Below, piece after piece: positions 62,267 to 64,000 of a stretch of 64,000 bases of DNA. This stretch comes from Felis catus (taxonomy: Eukaryota): contig NC_058368.1 in assembly GCF_018350175.1 (NCBI RefSeq), positions 142,354,001 to 142,418,000 of the forward strand, in the 5' to 3' direction. Position 1 is the stretch's first letter. Each line of letters opens with the position of its first letter. The position numbers and the translations under genes were made by a program. The notes beneath the pieces were generated by a model. That model made no database searches and was not told the DNA's origin. It was given only the letters and a program-made list of their open reading frames with translations.

Positions 62267-64000
62267 TAAACAAGTAAGTTTAAAGAAGCCAAAGAAGACT
62301 ACTTTCCTGTAACGCTATTTTGGAAAGCTTGACCATAAATTCTGAATTTTAGGAATAGTTCTTGTTTCGCATGCTTTGCTCTTGATGACCTGTGAAACAA
62401 GCCAGAAATGTCACATCTTCTAATATGGAAGTGGTAGACAGTACCGTGAGTACTGAGTTGGGGTTATAAAACTAAAAGTCATCACAGTTATCTGTTAGGT
62501 AATTAGAGGTGAGGAAACTTCCACTCAAACTCATCTTGATTAGCCATAGAAAACCTTCCTAAAAGTTGTATGCACAAAGGTGTGGAGGCTTTTTCTTCAC
62601 TTTTTGAGCATTGATATTAGTCTTGTTTCCTACAGAATGGACATGAACATTCACTACGACTAAATTTCACAAGTTTAAAAACTCAGTGAAAACAGCATAA
62701 CCAATAGCAGAGCGGGAGGCCAAAGGCTATTCTTCCACAGAAGCTGATTAACCACTAATGAACAACTCTATCTCTTATCTGCCCATTGGTCACCAACCCG
62801 TATCCTCTCATAAATTTGTACCCTCCCAGACAAGTTTCTGTTCAACTAGAAAGAAAAAGCTCATTCATCCTCAAGAGGTTCTCCACTGGCAGCTTTCAAC
62901 AGTGATAATATGGAAAAAAATGATCCAGTGCTCTGGTCATGAGACCATAATGGTTCTAACAGTGAGTGAAGACTCACATGGGCCGGGCCAAGTCAAATCA
63001 CGGTTTAGAGCTGCTGAGACGTGTGCGCTCAAAAGACCAGGAACGACAAGAGCAGTCTTCTCAAATTCAAGGACCAGACCCCCCGCACAGTCCCTGCCCG
63101 TGGAGTAGAGTACAGTGCACAGTGAAGGCACAGTGCAATGCTGGATACTACACATAAAACTGAAAAAATATCTTATTTACCTTTGTATTTTCTCTTGTAT
63201 TGGGGAGAGGGACTCACAAGGAGTAGAGAGAATAATCTATGCATCTGGCTACTGGAACAGTTTCTTAGAACTGATTATTCTTACATTCATTCACTAAAGG
63301 ACAGTGATTCACCCAAAGATATACAGCTGTCAGGAGTCAGTTTACTACAGTGGATTCAAGACATCTCCATCTTTCTTTCTTTGGCATTGAAAACTTTTAA
63401 GTCTTTATCTTCTGCTGTGAAATCATCGGGGAAAACATCTCCTGGAAGCCTGAATGCCATTTCAAAGGATGGGATAAAAGTGGATCTACAGAGAAACAGG
63501 GGAATTCCATGGGAAAAAAACCACCCCATGAGTGATGAAAGAGGAAGCAGAAATTCCTACGGGAGAAAGAATCGTGAGCACACTGGTCAGCCTAAGAAAT
63601 AAACAAGGTGACTGGCTGAGGGAGTTCTCTACAGCACAGCCACTGGGGGGGCCTTTTTGAGAGTGGATGAACTACATGCAATTTTGAATTTAAGCAGCAA
63701 GAGGTCAGCCCAAGGATCCGGTGAGATAGTAATGGACCAACTTCCTCTGGGATCCTAGAGATGTGTGTGGGAGTCAGTTTTAGCTCCTGCTCCCAATTCA
63801 CCCTGAGAAACAGTCCCAGGACCTAGACACCATATCGAGTGGCCTTTCCCTCCACCAAGGTAGCTAGCTACTCCATTAGAACCAAAAGACAAAAACAACA
63901 ACTAAAGGTATTCAGCTGCTTATTGTAATATGGGAGAAAACCCGCGGCCAGCTTACAACTGGCTTCCCTTTCTCAACCCAACTGGTTTCCCTCTCATTCT

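Larger units (their letters stand above)
17960..64000 (-). other. LHFPL2: Upstream (5'UTR) intron(s) of LHFPL2; small non-coding exons cannot be excluded
   Basis: Ends in a strong acceptor at 17960. No other recognisable coding sequence and no second CpG island. Mammalian LHFPL2 has long introns between its 5'UTR exons. Confidence 0.6.

Noticed and set aside
31960..63602. Longer intronic ORFs (31960-32568, 48062-48652, 52801-53349, 55083-55598, 61352-61849, 63138-63602)
   Set aside because: No recognisable homology or exon structure; several overlap MIR, L2 or MLT1 relics; lengths are compatible with chance in 64 kb over six frames.

Overview
Mammalian genomic DNA, almost certainly from a felid (cat family), judged by about 25 tRNA-derived Can-SINEs including young SINEC_Fc-type copies. 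The whole window appears to lie inside one gene on the minus strand, LHFPL2 (LHFPL tetraspan subfamily member 2). Only one exon is clearly recognisable, 17959->17327 (633 nt: 203 nt of 5'UTR plus the first 430 coding nt, [10 protein letters not shown]...LLQGIA-G), and it sits in a CpG island. I could not find the last coding exon (presumably below coordinate 1) or identify upstream non-coding exons. The rest is intron containing Can-SINEs, MIR, L2, L1M fragments, MLT1 LTRs, hAT DNA-transposon relics (MER20 x2, MER5, MER96-like, MER102-like) and microsatellites. Nearly all other ORFs in the track are spurious. I see no novel multi-gene system. The best leads are post-transcriptional features of the LHFPL2 exon: two overlapping uORFs, an AG|GTGAGG acceptor that is also a donor motif, an exon length divisible by 3 flanked by inverted SINEs (circRNA candidate), and a possible in-frame cryptic exon at 11983->11754. 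There are also a few motif-rich candidate enhancers. Repeat family names were assigned by eye from recalled consensus sequences and need RepeatMasker/Dfam confirmation.
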